A stretch of DNA of 64,000 bases from Tricharina praecox (taxonomy: Eukaryota). Each line of letters starts with the position of its first letter. Position 1 is the first letter of the stretch. Below, one piece after another: positions 49,322 to 62,376 of the stretch. The notes beneath the pieces are model-generated. The model made no database searches and was not told where the DNA came from. It saw only the letters and a program-made list of their open reading frames with translations. The position numbers and the translations under genes were made by a program. The stretch lies in assembly GCF_024521635.1 (NCBI RefSeq), contig NW_026250410.1:310001-374000 (forward strand), in the 5' to 3' direction.

Positions 49322-50629
49322 ATGCCCGTAAGCTTCCCACACGCCTCCGCATCCCATTGATTCTTGCGTACTAACAACCCCCAGGACCAAGAACTCTACA
49401 GCGTCGCCAAACCTCTCAACCGCGAGCCCCCGATCCGCGAGCTCGTGTCGTCATTCATCACACCGGACAAAGTCGCCTACGACCGCAACCACGGGTTTGT
49501 CTCGTCCTCTGTTCCCTCCCTCTGCCTCCGCTAACATGTCACAGTCCCTTCCCCGTTCTCGACCCGTCCACCTTCCGCCTCACCGTCACCGGCTTGGTCG
49601 CGCAGCCGCTCTCGCTATCTCTGTCTTCACTACGCGCGCTGCCACAGCACACCGTGATCGCAGCGCTACAATGTGCCGGCAACCGACGGCACACCATGCG
49701 CACGGTGGTGAAGGAGGTGGACGGCATCGACTGGAACGACGGCGCGGTGTGCAACTGCACGTGGAGCGGGCCGCTGCTGGCCGACGTGCTGGCGCTGGCG
49801 GGCGTCGAGCTGAAGCAGGGCGACGAGAAACATGTCGTCTTCAATTGCGAGTGCGCCGATGTGCAGGATGATAAGTACTATGGCAGCTCTATACCGCTAG
49901 GGAGGTGCTTGGATAAAAAGTCCATGGCGATGCTGTGTCTCGAGGTATGTCTTTCCTCTCTCACCCCTCTATGACGTGCCGCTAATGGCAGCCACACAGA
50001 TGAACAACGCCCCGCTCCCCCTCTCGCACGGCTACCCGCTGCGCGTCGTCCTGCCCGGCATCGCCGGTGCGCGCTGGACAAAGTGGCTCGACCGGATCCA
50101 CGTGCAGCCGCATGAAAGCGGGAACTTCTACATGCAAAAAGACTACAAGATCCTCCCGCCGCACATCGACACCAAGGCTTTAGCCGAAGCCCACTGGCCT
50201 TTAGTCCCAGCGATCCAGGGGCTCCCGATCAACAGCATAATCGCGTACCCTGCCGCGAACTCCGTGCTCCCCTCCACGTCGCCCATCAAGGTGGGAGGGT
50301 ACGCCCTCCCCCAAGCCGACGACGGCCCCGTCGTCGCCGTCGACGTCTCCACCGACCAAGGAAGGTCGTGGCATCCTGCTACGATAACTACGCCGACGGA
50401 GCCGGCGGAGAAATATAAGTGGGCGTGGGCGATTTGGAAGTACACCCTTACGAACGAACAGGCTAGGGCGCTGAGCAGGGACACCAAGATCTGGAGTCGT
50501 GCCAGAGATAGAGGCGGGAATGTGCAAGACGGGGAGATTCGCTGGAATTTTAGGGGCGTCGCGTATAATGCGTATGGAGAGACGGGCGGGTTGACGGTGG
50601 AGGGGGCGAGGACGGATGCGAGGTTGTAG
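49322..50629 (+). CDS. Sulfite-oxidase-family molybdoenzyme lacking a cytochrome b5 domain, C-terminal ARL, 4 exons
   Basis: 6-nt first coding exon (ATGCCC). PLNREP, YDRNHG, LQCAGNRR (Mo-ligand Cys), YGSSIPL, HGYPLRVVLPGIAGARWTKWL, WNFRGVAYNAY. Introns 49328-49384, 49495-49544, 49945-49999. Confidence 0.92.
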
Positions 50630-51110
50630 GGCTTTAGAGGGGGATGGGAAGGGTGGGAGGGGAAGGGGGAGGGGGGACGGAGGTAATGGGAGGGGGAGGG
50701 GATTGGCGTTGGGTTGGGTTTGCGGGTTGGGTTTGCGGGTTGGGTTTGCGGGTTTGCTTGCGTGGTTGGTTTATACAATGTCTGATGGCTGATGAGTGGG
50801 ACTGGGTGGGATGGGTGGGATAGATGCGTGCTTGGATTGTTATAGGCAGGAATAGAATGGATGGCTAGATTATTTGTACTTGGAACTTTGTGGTTGCTTT
50901 GTAGAGAGCGGTGGACGACGGGCGATATTTGATATTTGATATTTGATAGATCGATTTACTATGTCACTCAGACTCATATATCACTTTCATCTATCAAGCT
51001 ATTTCACTCCCGCTCTCCCACCATCTCACCACCCATATCTCCATATCTCCATCCCACAATCCCACCATCATATCCCCATCCACGCACCCAGCGTCCTTAC
51101 CCTCGATCCA

Positions 51111-51184
51111 CCAATACCAATACCAATACCAATACCAATACCAATACCAATACCAATACCAATACCAATACCAATACCAATACC
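51111..51184. repeat. Microsatellite (CCAATA) x ~12
   Basis: Perfect array. Confidence 0.95.
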
Positions 51185-51901
51185 CCTCCCCTTCCCGTCC
51201 ACTTCCCGTCCCCGTCCCCCTCCCCGTCCTTTCCGTCCATCCATCCATCCAGCCAAAAAGACCAAAAAAGACCAAAAAAGACCAAAAAGCCAATCATGAC
51301 TTTTTCTTCTTTTTTCGCCAGATATGACGGGAAGGGAAGTGAAATGCTTGCAAGTATTAGAGCTTGATGGGCGGGATGGTGGGCGTGTTGGGATGGAGAT
51401 ATAGACCGAAGCATAAGGGGATGGTGGGAGTCAAATAACTAGCAAAGGACCATCTATCGTGGTCGAGGACAGACAAGATACAACCAGAACCGCTTCATTC
51501 CACTTCATTCCTCCAGCCCAGCCCAGCCCAGCCCAGCCCAGCCCCAGCCCCAGCCCCAGTAGTCCAATCCAATCCGATTTCCTCAATAACTCAATAACTC
51601 AATAATACATACAGGTAGACATACAGGTAGACCCCCCCTTACACACGGACACATACGGAGACAGACATGAGATAAAAGTCGATTCGCTCAAAGCAAAGAC
51701 AAGCCAGCAAAAGCAAGCAAAACAAGAAAGACAAGAAAGACAGAAAAAAACGTAAGGAAACCGCTGAATACACAGTTAACTACAAGCAAACAAAATCCAG
51801 AGACCCACCAGTACAAACGATAGAAAAATACAGGAGATATCCACCCCACCCCGCCGTCTTTGAACCCACCGAACCAGCCCAACCCAACCCAACCCAACCA
51901 T

Positions 51902-51976
51902 ATCCAATCCAATCCAATCCAATCCAATCCAATCCAATCCAATCCAATCCAATCCAATCCAATCCAATCCAATCCA
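51902..51976. repeat. Microsatellite (ATCCA) x ~15, flanked by (AACCC)n
   Basis: Visible array in the 3' region of the Acm1-like gene. Confidence 0.95.
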
Positions 51977-52089
51977 CCAAACCAACCCACACATACCACT
52001 AGGTACCAGAAACGACAGTCAAGAACCCAACCCAACGAAAGTAAAGATCAAGAAAAGAAGCGTGAAAAGACACATAAGCAGACAACCGA

Positions 52090-53833
52090 TCAAATCTCCG
52101 AATCCGAGCTCCCACCCAACGAGTCCGCATCATTCCCCCAGGATTCAAACTCCTGATCGGCGAGCTCCCTCTCTAGCTCTAGATCCACTTCGTCATCCGG
52201 CAACGCCACTCCCGCAGCGATAGCAGCTTCATCAACACCATCCTCCCTTGCCTCCTCGTCCTCTTCGTGATCACTCTCCCAGACGACGAAGCCGGGACTA
52301 TCCGGCGACTTCGGCGTGACATCGCCCAGCTTGTGCGGGTGGGGGTAGCCTCGCTCTTTCTTTGGCGGCGTGAACACAGGGAAGCGATCGCTCGCGAGGG
52401 TCGGGAGGTTATTCTCGACCGCCGGCGTCTTTTCGGGGAGTGCAAGCTCCTCTTTCAGCATTTCCCTAAGCGGATCTCGCCGGGATCCTCTCCGCTGCGG
52501 GATCGTCTTCTCGACGGCGTCGACGCGCATGGCGTTGCCGCGCTCGATCGGGGCGACGGCCAGCAGCTCTGCCAGCCGTGCGGGCGCAATGTTTTCCTTG
52601 CCCTTCTCGTGCAGCTCGCTGGTGACCGACTCGTCGTCGTCCGAGTCGTCCGAGATGTCGAGCGTGCACGTCGAGTGCTCCATCAGGTTCTGTAGCGTCT
52701 CCTCGGGCGAGTCCTCGTAGATCTCGAAGGCCCACGAGTCGGGGATGTTGGGTGCCATTAGCGGGACGGGCTCGGCGGCTTTGCGCGCCGCGACATCGGC
52801 GGACGGTGGTGGGTCGACGAAGAGTGCAAGCTTTGAGGGTCGGCTAACGGCGGCGAGGAGGGAGTCGATCGAGTCAATCGCGGCGGGGCCGAAGGATGGT
52901 GGGTCGATGCGACGGAACGCGGGGGGCTTGATGGCGCTGCGGCGGGGCGAGGGCGGAGCACGGACACGGGCACTGACACCCGAGCGGCGTGACGGTGAGG
53001 TCTGCTTGTGGTGGGTAATGGGCGAGGCCTTCTTGGGGCTGAGGACTGTTCGTGCGGGCTTCACAGACTTGCTCGAGTTCTTTTCCGCGAGCGCACCACG
53101 GGACTTGGATGGGGCTTTGCCGGTGATGGAATCACTTTTGTCGCCTGCGCGAGTGTTCGTGATATCGACCAATGTTCCAAAGGCCCGCTTCGGTTTCGGG
53201 CCGACAAGGTTCGATGACGACGCCGACGAGATGGCACTCTTCAATACCGCGTTAAGCGAGTCCGACAGCGCGGACTTTACGCGTTTGCGTGACGACTTTG
53301 TGGCAGTGGGCAGGGCAGACAGGACATCACTGTTCTCGTCATTCTGCGAGTGTGTGCGCTTTGTGGCGGTGGGGCAGGCTGTTTCAGGGAAAGCAACAGA
53401 TTAGCGATGAGCGGGGGTGTGACTGATGCGCTGGCGGATGGATTGGCAGGGATGGGGCGAAAGGGGTGGTGGGCTGCGGCAGAGCAGAAGAGGCGCAATT
53501 TGCGGACATTTGAGACGTCGCCCAGACGGCTGTGCCTGAGATGGGTGTGGGTATACTCTATGAATTCATGGAGAATATTGGGGTGGGGGGCTGGGAGACC
53601 GAAGATAGAAGAAGAGTGGATCAAGTGTGCGAGGAGCGGGGGTAGCGGGGACGGGGAGTTGATAATAGAGGGGGCTGGGAGGAAGAAGAGGAGGGCTCAC
53701 AGTTCATGTTCTTCACATCGCCCTTCAACTTGTTCGAGTTCCGCAATGACTTCATTGCGTTCGGCTTCATGGGGGATAACTGCTGTCGCCGAGACGACAG
53801 AAGTGTGGGTGCAGTTGCTGTTGCCGAAGACAT
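52090..53833 (-). CDS. Acm1-like disordered APC/C-Cdh1 pseudosubstrate/regulator, 2 exons
   Basis: Exon 1 53833-53701 and a 322-nt intron (GTGAGC...GCTAAT...CAG, 53700-53379) join in frame with ORF 52090-53244. ABBA-like FEIYED followed by EETLQNLMEH, KEN box GKENIAP, D-box-like RGALAEKN and RDPLREM, many SP/TP sites. Confidence 0.65.
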
Positions 53834-56800
53834 GGCTGGCTGGCTGTAGTGGAGGGTTGTGGGTTGTGGGCTGTGGGTTGTGGGCTGTGGGTTGTGGAGA
53901 GGTGAGAGTAGTGAATCTGGACGCGTTCCTCGACGTGAACGGAGAGGGCAGCACAGGTGGCAGTTGAAACCAAAAGCGAAAGGCCAATCAATTCCCTCGG
54001 ATCGGGAATGTGGGAGTAGAAGCGGGAGGATCTTCCTCTTTTGCGTCTTTTCGGTCTTTTCGGTCTTTTCGGTCTTTTTCGCTGGCTCTTTTTCTTTGTT
54101 CTTTTTTTCTTCTTCTTTTGGTCGTCGTCGTCGCGTTGGGATGGGACGATGAGAAGCAGGAGGTCGGAGCAGCAGAGGGCGAAGTTGAGGGCGGAGGGGG
54201 AACGGAGCGAAGGGAAGTGAGTAAGAAGTGAGTGGTATTTAGAGCGCGTTCCGGGGGAGGGAGAGGCAGAGTTGTGAGTGAGAGCGCCCGAGCTTGGCGA
54301 GAGGGAGGAGGGTGAATGACCTGAGCGAGACTGAACCGAGCGCACGCTCCGCCTAGGCAAAAAGCACTTTACACCAACACCACCAGTTTCGTTTTCGCGT
54401 AAAGTACTTTGCTTGCGGGACCCATGGCCGCATCAGCACCACCCACCCAGCTCCACCACCAACCCACATATCTTCCCACCTACCACTGCCCAAGGACAAT
54501 GCCTTGTAACGGGATGAGACAGGATTCTCTTCTCCAAGCTAATGTACTGGCCGTCGTACAGCAGAAGGCGAAACGGAACAAGGTGCTATTCTTCTCCACG
54601 GAGCCGCTGGCACTGGCACTGGCACTGGCACTTGCGTCACGGCGGATGTGAGCTTCGGTGCCCAAGTAACAGGTATTCAAGCATTCAAGCGTCCAAGTAC
54701 TCAACTGCCCAAGTAGGTAAGTCCGTACTCCACCGTATGTACGGACGACGTCCTCTGATTTGTGCGCGAACCAAGCCATGCACACCCCCTTCCGCTCGCT
54801 CGCCCACAGCCAGCTTGGAGATCCCCGATCTCAGTGTGTCCAATACATACAATACAAAAAGCAATCACGGTGAACACCCACCAGGAGAGAAGCTGAACGG
54901 CTGCTAGCTGAGGACGCACGCCCGCAATCCCATCGATATGTAGCTGTGGAGTAGGTACCCCACCAATGGTCAATGCAGAGATAGGTAGATATCCCCCGCA
55001 CTCCTCCTCTCTGAATCTCTGATCCCCCCACCCCACACACATCGTTCAGCTGTGAGCTTCATTCGTCTTTTCGTCTTTCTCGTACAGTACAGTACAGCAA
55101 GCTGTGGGATGATTCGTGGACACGGCTGCGCATGATCACACATGCCCGATTGTTGGCCTGTAGAAATCGTGGTTGCCTCTGCGTATCCATCCATGTGACC
55201 ATCGGTTTCGATATCGGATTTGTGAGGATCTCGACTCGAATGAGGATTCTACCCCACGGCTTGGAGGGAAAGTGGGTGGGATACGTATCCACGGTACCTA
55301 CCTACATCACAGTCGAGCTTCAATCTGCAACCTGCCAGTCTGCCAGCCCCATTCGGGCAATGTTTGCGAACTTCAAAGTTCAATGGCTATAAATTCCCCG
55401 TGGAACCGTGGATAGCCTCAATGATAGGCATGTACGATACCACGAATCGCGCCACTCACACCCGAGTCAAGACTCAAGAGTACCGAGCAGGTGAATTGAC
55501 CACCTCGCCATCTGGAACCAACGTCAAAACATTCAGCCTAGGTATCTATCATAGGTAGGAGAACGAGTTCTAGTCTACTGGTAGGTACCGTAGGTATCAA
55601 CCGCGCAAGCGACGATCCAGGATTCAATAACACATCCATCTCCGTACCCATTGTTCCAAAAAGAAGGCACCGAATTATTCCACGCTTTCCTCGGGTTTGT
55701 GCTGCCATCCGGACAGCCTACAAGCGCAGCTCCCCGTCTGGGCTGCGAGCTGTCAGTCAGCACAAGGCGGCTACCTAAGCGCCCCCCCGTCTCCCCCAGT
55801 CTCCCAGTCCCCCCCCCCCCCCCCACCCTGAAGTAGAGTAAGCCCTCGCAATCCCCAATCCCCAGAACCAAACAAGCGACCGAGCCCACAAACCAAAAAC
55901 CAAACAGGCGGAGTGTTTATCCTACCCAGAGACTCAGAGAGAGCCATCCGGGACGCTTCCCGGCCGTCTCTGGTGCCGTGTATGTAGTCGGCGTCATTGT
56001 GCACGACCACTGCTCCAAAGCTACAAATAGAAGGTAGGTCCCGACCATGGCACCATGATGCCGCCTACTACTGCCGGGTACTTGGGGAGGTTTGGGAAGT
56101 TTGGGAAACGATGGGCATTGGGGAGAACTACATAGGGTCGGAAAGCAAAACAAAACAAAGCAGGTAGATGTCACTTGCACTCGCCGCGCTCGCCAATGCA
56201 GCCAGTGAACTGTTTCGATCCTGCAGCTGGCTGTCCGCCAATGGTTGAACTGGGGAGATGGTTGGAGTTGGGTGGAGCGAGGATTGGATGGATTCTGGTG
56301 TGCACAATACAATGCATACGGACGTAACCCGGTGGGGAAAATTCAAAGCATGCACCCGGGGGCAGGCTTGCATACCTCATCCTTCATACATACAAACACA
56401 CATGCATATTTACGGCATGGACTGATCGGTTCCGGCGTTTTGCTGGCTATGGACCATGGACCATGGTGGCGGACATACATATCGTACGCATACTACTTTA
56501 TTCTTCCGCCGGGCATGCCACTGGCACAGCGATTTCCCCAAGTTTGGCGGGGAATTGTTCATGCGCGATTAGAGTGGAGTACATGGAATATGTACCTGTG
56601 GAGTGGATATGTAGAGGGCATAGTGGGCACTGATGCATCCCACATGCAGCCAGCGCCATGGACATGCATCTCCCCTCCAGGATCCAGATGCTCAATAGCA
56701 AAGTCCCGGGTCACTATCGCTCACCCGAGCGGGCCATATCAATCAATCAAGCAGGGTTAGGTTCCGTCGGGCTCGTAAAAAAAACTTTTAGTTAGCGCGA

Positions 56801-56981
56801 ATGTTTGGATCCCGGTGCGTATGATTTTGTTGCCCCTCCTTTTGCCCCACCATAGCCCCTAGAGGAACAAATACAAATACAAACAATCCCACGAAGCCGA
56901 AGTCGAAACCTTACAACCACCACCCACAACAACAAACCCATTCCTTTTCGCCGCAGCAGCAGAGCAGCTAGCATAGCAGGA

Positions 56982-59900
56982 ATGGCCTCCTCCGCCTCCG
57001 TAGAAGAGTTCCTGGCCCTCCCGGGCTCTCCTGCATTCTCCCCGTTCCGATTGTCCGAGCTGAAGGACAGTCTGAATGCGACACTGCAAGCGGAAGCGGG
57101 AGGTGCGCACACGAAGGTGACGGAGGTGTCCTCGATCCACGTGCACTACGTCGCACCAAAGACCGCCGAGGCGCGCGCAACACTGTCGAATCCCGCCGCT
57201 CCGGAGAGGAAGATCCTCAGCAAGATGCTCGGGTACGGCATCAAGTCGGCGGCGGCTGCCAACACAGACGAGGCCCTGGCGAAGGCACTGGAGGGATTGA
57301 CGGTCGAGGGCGATGGCAGCAGGAGGTTGTTTCTGTATGTCGTGCCGGTAAAGGGTACCATCAGCCCGTGGTCATCGAAGGCTACGTCGATAGCGGCTGT
57401 GTGCGGCCTCGGCGGCATCGTGCAGAGGATTGAGCGCGGCGTGATGATCTCGATCACTTTCGAGGGGGAGTATGAGAACCGCAGTGGGCCGTTCCCATTT
57501 GCGGATGTGTTGCACGACCGCATGACGCAGGTGGGTTCTTCATTCCGAGTGATTGATGGCGTGCATGCGTTGGTTGGTTGGGGGGCATAAGGACTGATTG
57601 TTGGGTCGCAAACAGACGCTCAGTGTGAACCCGCCAACATTCGAGGGTCTGTTCGGCACGCACACGCCGGATCCCGTCGGAATTGTCGACCTGCACTCGT
57701 CGACTGCGACTCCGCGCGAGTCGCTGGAGAAGGCGAACAAGACGCTGGGGCTGGCGCTCGACGAGTCCGAGATCGACTACCTGCTCGAGGCGTTCTCGAA
57801 GAGCGGCGCGTGTCCGCGCAATCCGTACGATGTGGAGCTGTTCATGTTTGCGCAGGTCAACTCGGAGCATTGTCGCCACAAGCAGTTCAACGCCTCGTGG
57901 ACGATCGACGGCCAGGAGAAGCCCCACTCCCTGTTCGGCATGATCAGGAATACCCACAAGATCAGCCCCGACTACACCGTCTCCGCCTACTCGGACAATG
58001 CGGCCGTCCTGGAGGGAAACGAGGGTGCGTTCTGGGCGCCGAATCCCACAACGAACGTCTGGGAGGCGACAAAGGAGGAGGTGTATATCGTTGCCAAGGT
58101 CGAAACCCACAACCACCCCACAGCAGTGTCTCCCTTCCCCGGAGCCGCCACTGGTTCCGGCGGTGAGATCAGAGACGAGGGAGCCGTTGGACGTGGTTCG
58201 AAGCCCAAGGCTGGTCTGTCGGGGTTCAACGTCTCCGATATGTTGATCCCTGGCCACGTCCAGCCCTGGGAGCTGAATGTTGGAAAGCCCAACCACATTG
58301 CGAGCCCGATCGACATCATGCTCGAGGCGCCTATCGGATCGGCCGCATTCAACAACGAGTTTGGTCGTCCGTGCACCCTGGGATACTTCCGCACCCTGAC
58401 CACCACCGTTCCCGTCGACGGAAAGGACGAGATCCGTGGTTACCACAAGCCCATCATGCTTGCCGGTGGTCTCGGAACGGTCCGACCCATCCACGCCATG
58501 AAGCTCGCTGGATTGATCGAGCCTGGCGCGTACCTCGTCGTCCTGGGCGGACCGGCGATGTTGATTGGCCTCGGAGGAGGAGCTGCCAGTTCCATTGCTT
58601 CCGGCGAGGGATCGGTCGACTTGGATTTCGCGTCCGTTCAGCGTGGAAACCCAGAGCAGCAGAGGCGGGCACAGATGGTGATCGATGCTTGCGTTGCTCT
58701 CGGAGAGAACAGCCCCATCCGCTCCATCCACGACGTCGGTGCCGGCGGTCTGTCCAACGCTCTCCCTGAGATCGTGCACGATGCTGGCCTCGGTGCGACA
58801 TTCGAGCTCCGCGAGATCGATAGTGCCGATAGAGGCTTGAGCCCCCTGCAGATTTGGTGCTGCGAGGCCCAGGAGCGATACGTCATGGCCGTTGCCGAGG
58901 AGGGACTCAAGACTTTCGAGGCTATTGCGCAGAGAGAACGTTGTGGTTTCTCGGTGGTCGGGAGAGCCGAGGGCGGAAAGGAGGAGGACCAAAGGCTCGT
59001 CTTGACCGACAGGGACTCCAAGGAGAATCCTAAGGTTATTGACCTGCCTATGAGTACTCTCTTCGGAAAGCCTCCCAAGATGAAGCGTGTTGTCGAGAGC
59101 CGAAAGCTCCAGCTGCCGGAGTTCGACAACTCTCTCAAGTCCTACGCCCCCGAGCTTTCGGAAGACAAGTTGGTGTCCGAGGCCGTGGACCGCGTGATGC
59201 ACTTGCCGTCGGTTGGCTCCAAGAACTTCCTGATCACCATCGGAGATAGAACTGTCACTGGCCTTATCACCAGAGACCAGATGGTTGGACCATGGCAGGT
59301 TCCTGTTTCGGATGTCGCTGTCACTGCGACCGCCCTCGTGGAGGGAATTCGTACTGGTGAGGCGATGGCCATGGGCGAGAAGCCTACTCTGGCTTTGATC
59401 TCTCCTGCGGCTTCGGCCCGCATGGCGGTTGCAGAGTCCTTGATGAACTTGATCGCCTCCGACGTCCAGGATGGAATCTCCCGTGTCCGTCTCTCTGCTA
59501 ACTGGATGGCCGCCGGTAATCACCCCGGTGAGGGTGCTGCCCTGTACGAGGCTGTCGAGGCCATCGGTATGGACCTTTGCCCCAAGCTTGGTATTAGTAT
59601 TCCGGTCGGAAAGGACTCCATGAGCATGAAGATGAAGTGGAACCAGGATGGAGCGTCGAAGGAGGTTACCGCGCCCATCTCCCTGGTCATCACTGCTTTT
59701 GCGGCTGTTGAGAATATCACCAGGACATGGACACCGCAGCTCAAGAGGATCGCCGGAAGCAAGCTTATCTTCGTTGATCTGGCCAAGAGGAGTATGGCTA
59801 TGGGAGGCAGTGCCGTCGCTCAAGTTTTCAAGCAGGTCGGCAATGCTTCTCCTGATGTCCGGGACGTCGAGGAGTTCAAGGCTTTCTTCGACGCTTGCAG

Positions 59901-61209
59901 GCAGGCGCGCAAGAGTGGACTGGTCGAGGCTTACCACGATCGGTCAGACGGTGGTCTCTTCACTACGATCGTCGAAATGGCGTTTGCTGGTCGTGTCGGT
60001 GTTGATGTCGACTTGAGCAAGTATGCCAAGAGTGCCAGCACCGAGGACATCATCCCCGCGCTGTTCAACGAAGAGCTCGGAGCGGTGTTCCAGGTCAAGG
60101 AGGAGATGCTTGCGGCTTTCTACAGCACCTTCACAGCTTGCGGTGTGGCTAAGGATAGCATCATCACCATTGGAGCCGTCAAGCCCGTCGCTGCCGGTCA
60201 GGAGATCACATTCACCCACGGATCTACGCCAGTTTTCGCTGCGCCCCGAGGAACCCTTCAGCAGGCATGGGCGGCAACTTCGTATGCCATGCAGCGTATC
60301 CGCGACAATCCCGCTTGTGCGGACTCCGAGTACGCCGCCATCCTCGACGACGCCGACCCTGGTCTCAGCTACAACCTTACCTACACCCCGAGCACTGTTC
60401 TCCCCGCTCCTAGCGCGCAGCGCCCCCGCGTTGCCATCCTCCGTGAGCAGGGTGTCAACTCCCACGCTGAGATGGCTTTCGCCTTCCACCTTGCCGGCTT
60501 CGAGCCCGTCGATGTGCACATGACGGATCTGATCAGCAAGCGCGTCTCACTCGCGGACTTCAAGGGCCTCGCCGCATGCGGTGGGTTCTCGTACGGTGAT
60601 GTTCTCGGTGCTGGAGCGGGATGGGCGCACTCTGTCCTCCTCCACGCCGACACCCGCCGCGACTTCGAGGCATTCTTCAACCGCGCGGACACCTTCGCTC
60701 TCGGCGTCTGCAACGGCTGCCAGTTCTTCTCCCGCCTGAAAGATCTCATCCCAGGCGCCGAGGACTGGCCCACCTTCGAGCGCAACGAGAGCGAGCAGTA
60801 CGAAGCCCGCATGTGCATGGTTGAGCTCAGCTCGCCCGCCTCTGCCCCCTCCGTCTTCATCGACAAGGTCGCCGGCTCGTCGCTGCCCATCGCCGTTGCC
60901 CACGGAGAGGGTCGCGCCGTCTTTGATTCCCCGGCGGATCTGGAAAGCCTCGAGAAGCGCGGCGGTGTCGTCGTCCGCTACGTCGACAACGCCCTCAAGC
61001 AGACCGAGAGGTACCCTTTCAATCCCAACGGATCGCCGAACGGAATCGCCGGTATCCAAAACAAGGACGGACGTGTTCTGGCCATGATGCCCCACCCCGA
61101 GAGAACGACGTTGGCGGGAACGGGAAGCTGGATTCCGGCTGGTCTGGATAAGGAGCGCGTTGGCGCTTGGGTCGCCCTCTTCAAGGGCGCCAGGAACTGG
61201 GTCGGATAA
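56982..61209 (+). CDS. ADE6: Phosphoribosylformylglycinamidine synthase, 2 exons
   Basis: [85 protein letters not shown]. Intron 57531-57615. Confidence 0.98.
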
Positions 61210-61677
61210 ATAACGGATTTGTACGGAATGGAGGTTCGGTTCGGCGTTGGTGTTTTCTTGTGTTCCTTTCTTTTTCGTATAATTGTGCAGACAGAGCGTG
61301 GTTTAGAGATCCCCCCAGAGGAAACAAAATGGAGACATACTGGAGCTATGGTTTCGGTATCTACATACTCTATTGTAGACATGGTTCCTAAACGAAACGT
61401 GCACATGACGATCTATCCGCACTGACCGGCCAACCAATGCAACCATAGCTCCAGTTCTCTGCAGGGACCCCGCGGAGCCATGGCATATGTAGCTGCCAGC
61501 GCACAGCACAAGCCTACATACCTACCCCTCGAATACCTACCTCATACATACATACCATCCATATCCCCCCAAGGCCCTCTCTACATACTATAGTTACTTA
61601 TCAACGAGCACCCCGTCCTCACCGCGCAACCGTCCCATCGTACCATCCCATAGCCTACTTTCCATTACACTCCGACG

Positions 61678-62376
61678 ATGGGCCAACTCATCTCCACCCC
61701 CTCAACACCCGCACACCTCGCGCCGCCGCCGGAAGTGCAAGCCTCCGAGCTCCGCGCGGCCGCGAAAGCCGCAGGCGACCTGCGGCGCAAGTACTCCGAG
61801 GAGTCGCAGGCCGCGTGGCACGACAACCGCAAGGGCGACGCGAAGGCGCTGTCCGATCGCTCCAAGGAGGCGGGGTTGGAGGTTGAGCGGCTCAATGCCC
61901 GCGCTGCTGAGATTATCTTTACGGGTCTCAATCCGAACTATCCGATTGAGGGGGCGGGCGCAGGCGGTGTGGGGGTGGGGGTGGCGTGGGTGGCGTGGTT
62001 GTTTAGTGCTGGTGGTGGAGGGGGGGATGGGGAGCCTGCGGGGGGCGGGGGGAAGGCGGGGAACAAGGCGGGCGGCGGCTTGGGCATGGTCGATCTTCAT
62101 GGCCTATATGTTGCCGAGGCGATCGCGAGGGTCAAGAGGCACCTTGAGAGGTGTGCGGAGGCGGGGGTCGACAGGACTACCATCATTACCGGGCGTGGAC
62201 TGCACAGCCAGGGCGGGGTCGCGAGGATCAAGCCCGAGGTCGAGAAGTGGCTGGGGGAGCACGTGGCGCAGTATAGAGTGCTCGCTGGCGCGAATGGAGG
62301 CGCGTTTACGGTCGAGCTGATGCAGGAGGAGCAGAAGGGCGTGTTGGGTGGGGTGTGGAAGTTTCTTGGGTGGTAG
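61678..62376 (+). CDS. DUF1771 + Smr (small MutS-related) domain protein
   Basis: SQAAW...AKALS...LNARAAEIIF..LN helical domain, then VDLHGLYVAEA, IITGRGLHS..G.ARIKP, NGGAFTV. Confidence 0.88.
   Translation: MGQLISTPSTPAHLAPPPEVQASELRAAAKAAGDLRRKYSEESQAAWHDNRKGDAKALSDRSKEAGLEVERLNARAAEIIFTGLNPNYPIEGAGAGGVGVGVAWVAWLFSAGGGGGDGEPAGGGGKAGNKAGGGLGMVDLHGLYVAEAIARVKRHLERCAEAGVDRTTIITGRGLHSQGGVARIKPEVEKWLGEHVAQYRVLAGANGGAFTVELMQEEQKGVLGGVWKFLGW

Noticed and set aside
56753..56761. AGGGTTAGG telomere-like 9-mer as a telomerase template
   Set aside because: Expected by chance at this length; lies in the ADE6 core promoter with no supporting elements.
57454..59937. 827-aa antisense ORF (also 16072-17244, 34018-34977, 43341-43994)
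   Set aside because: Shadows of codon-biased genes on the opposite strand; no recognisable motifs.
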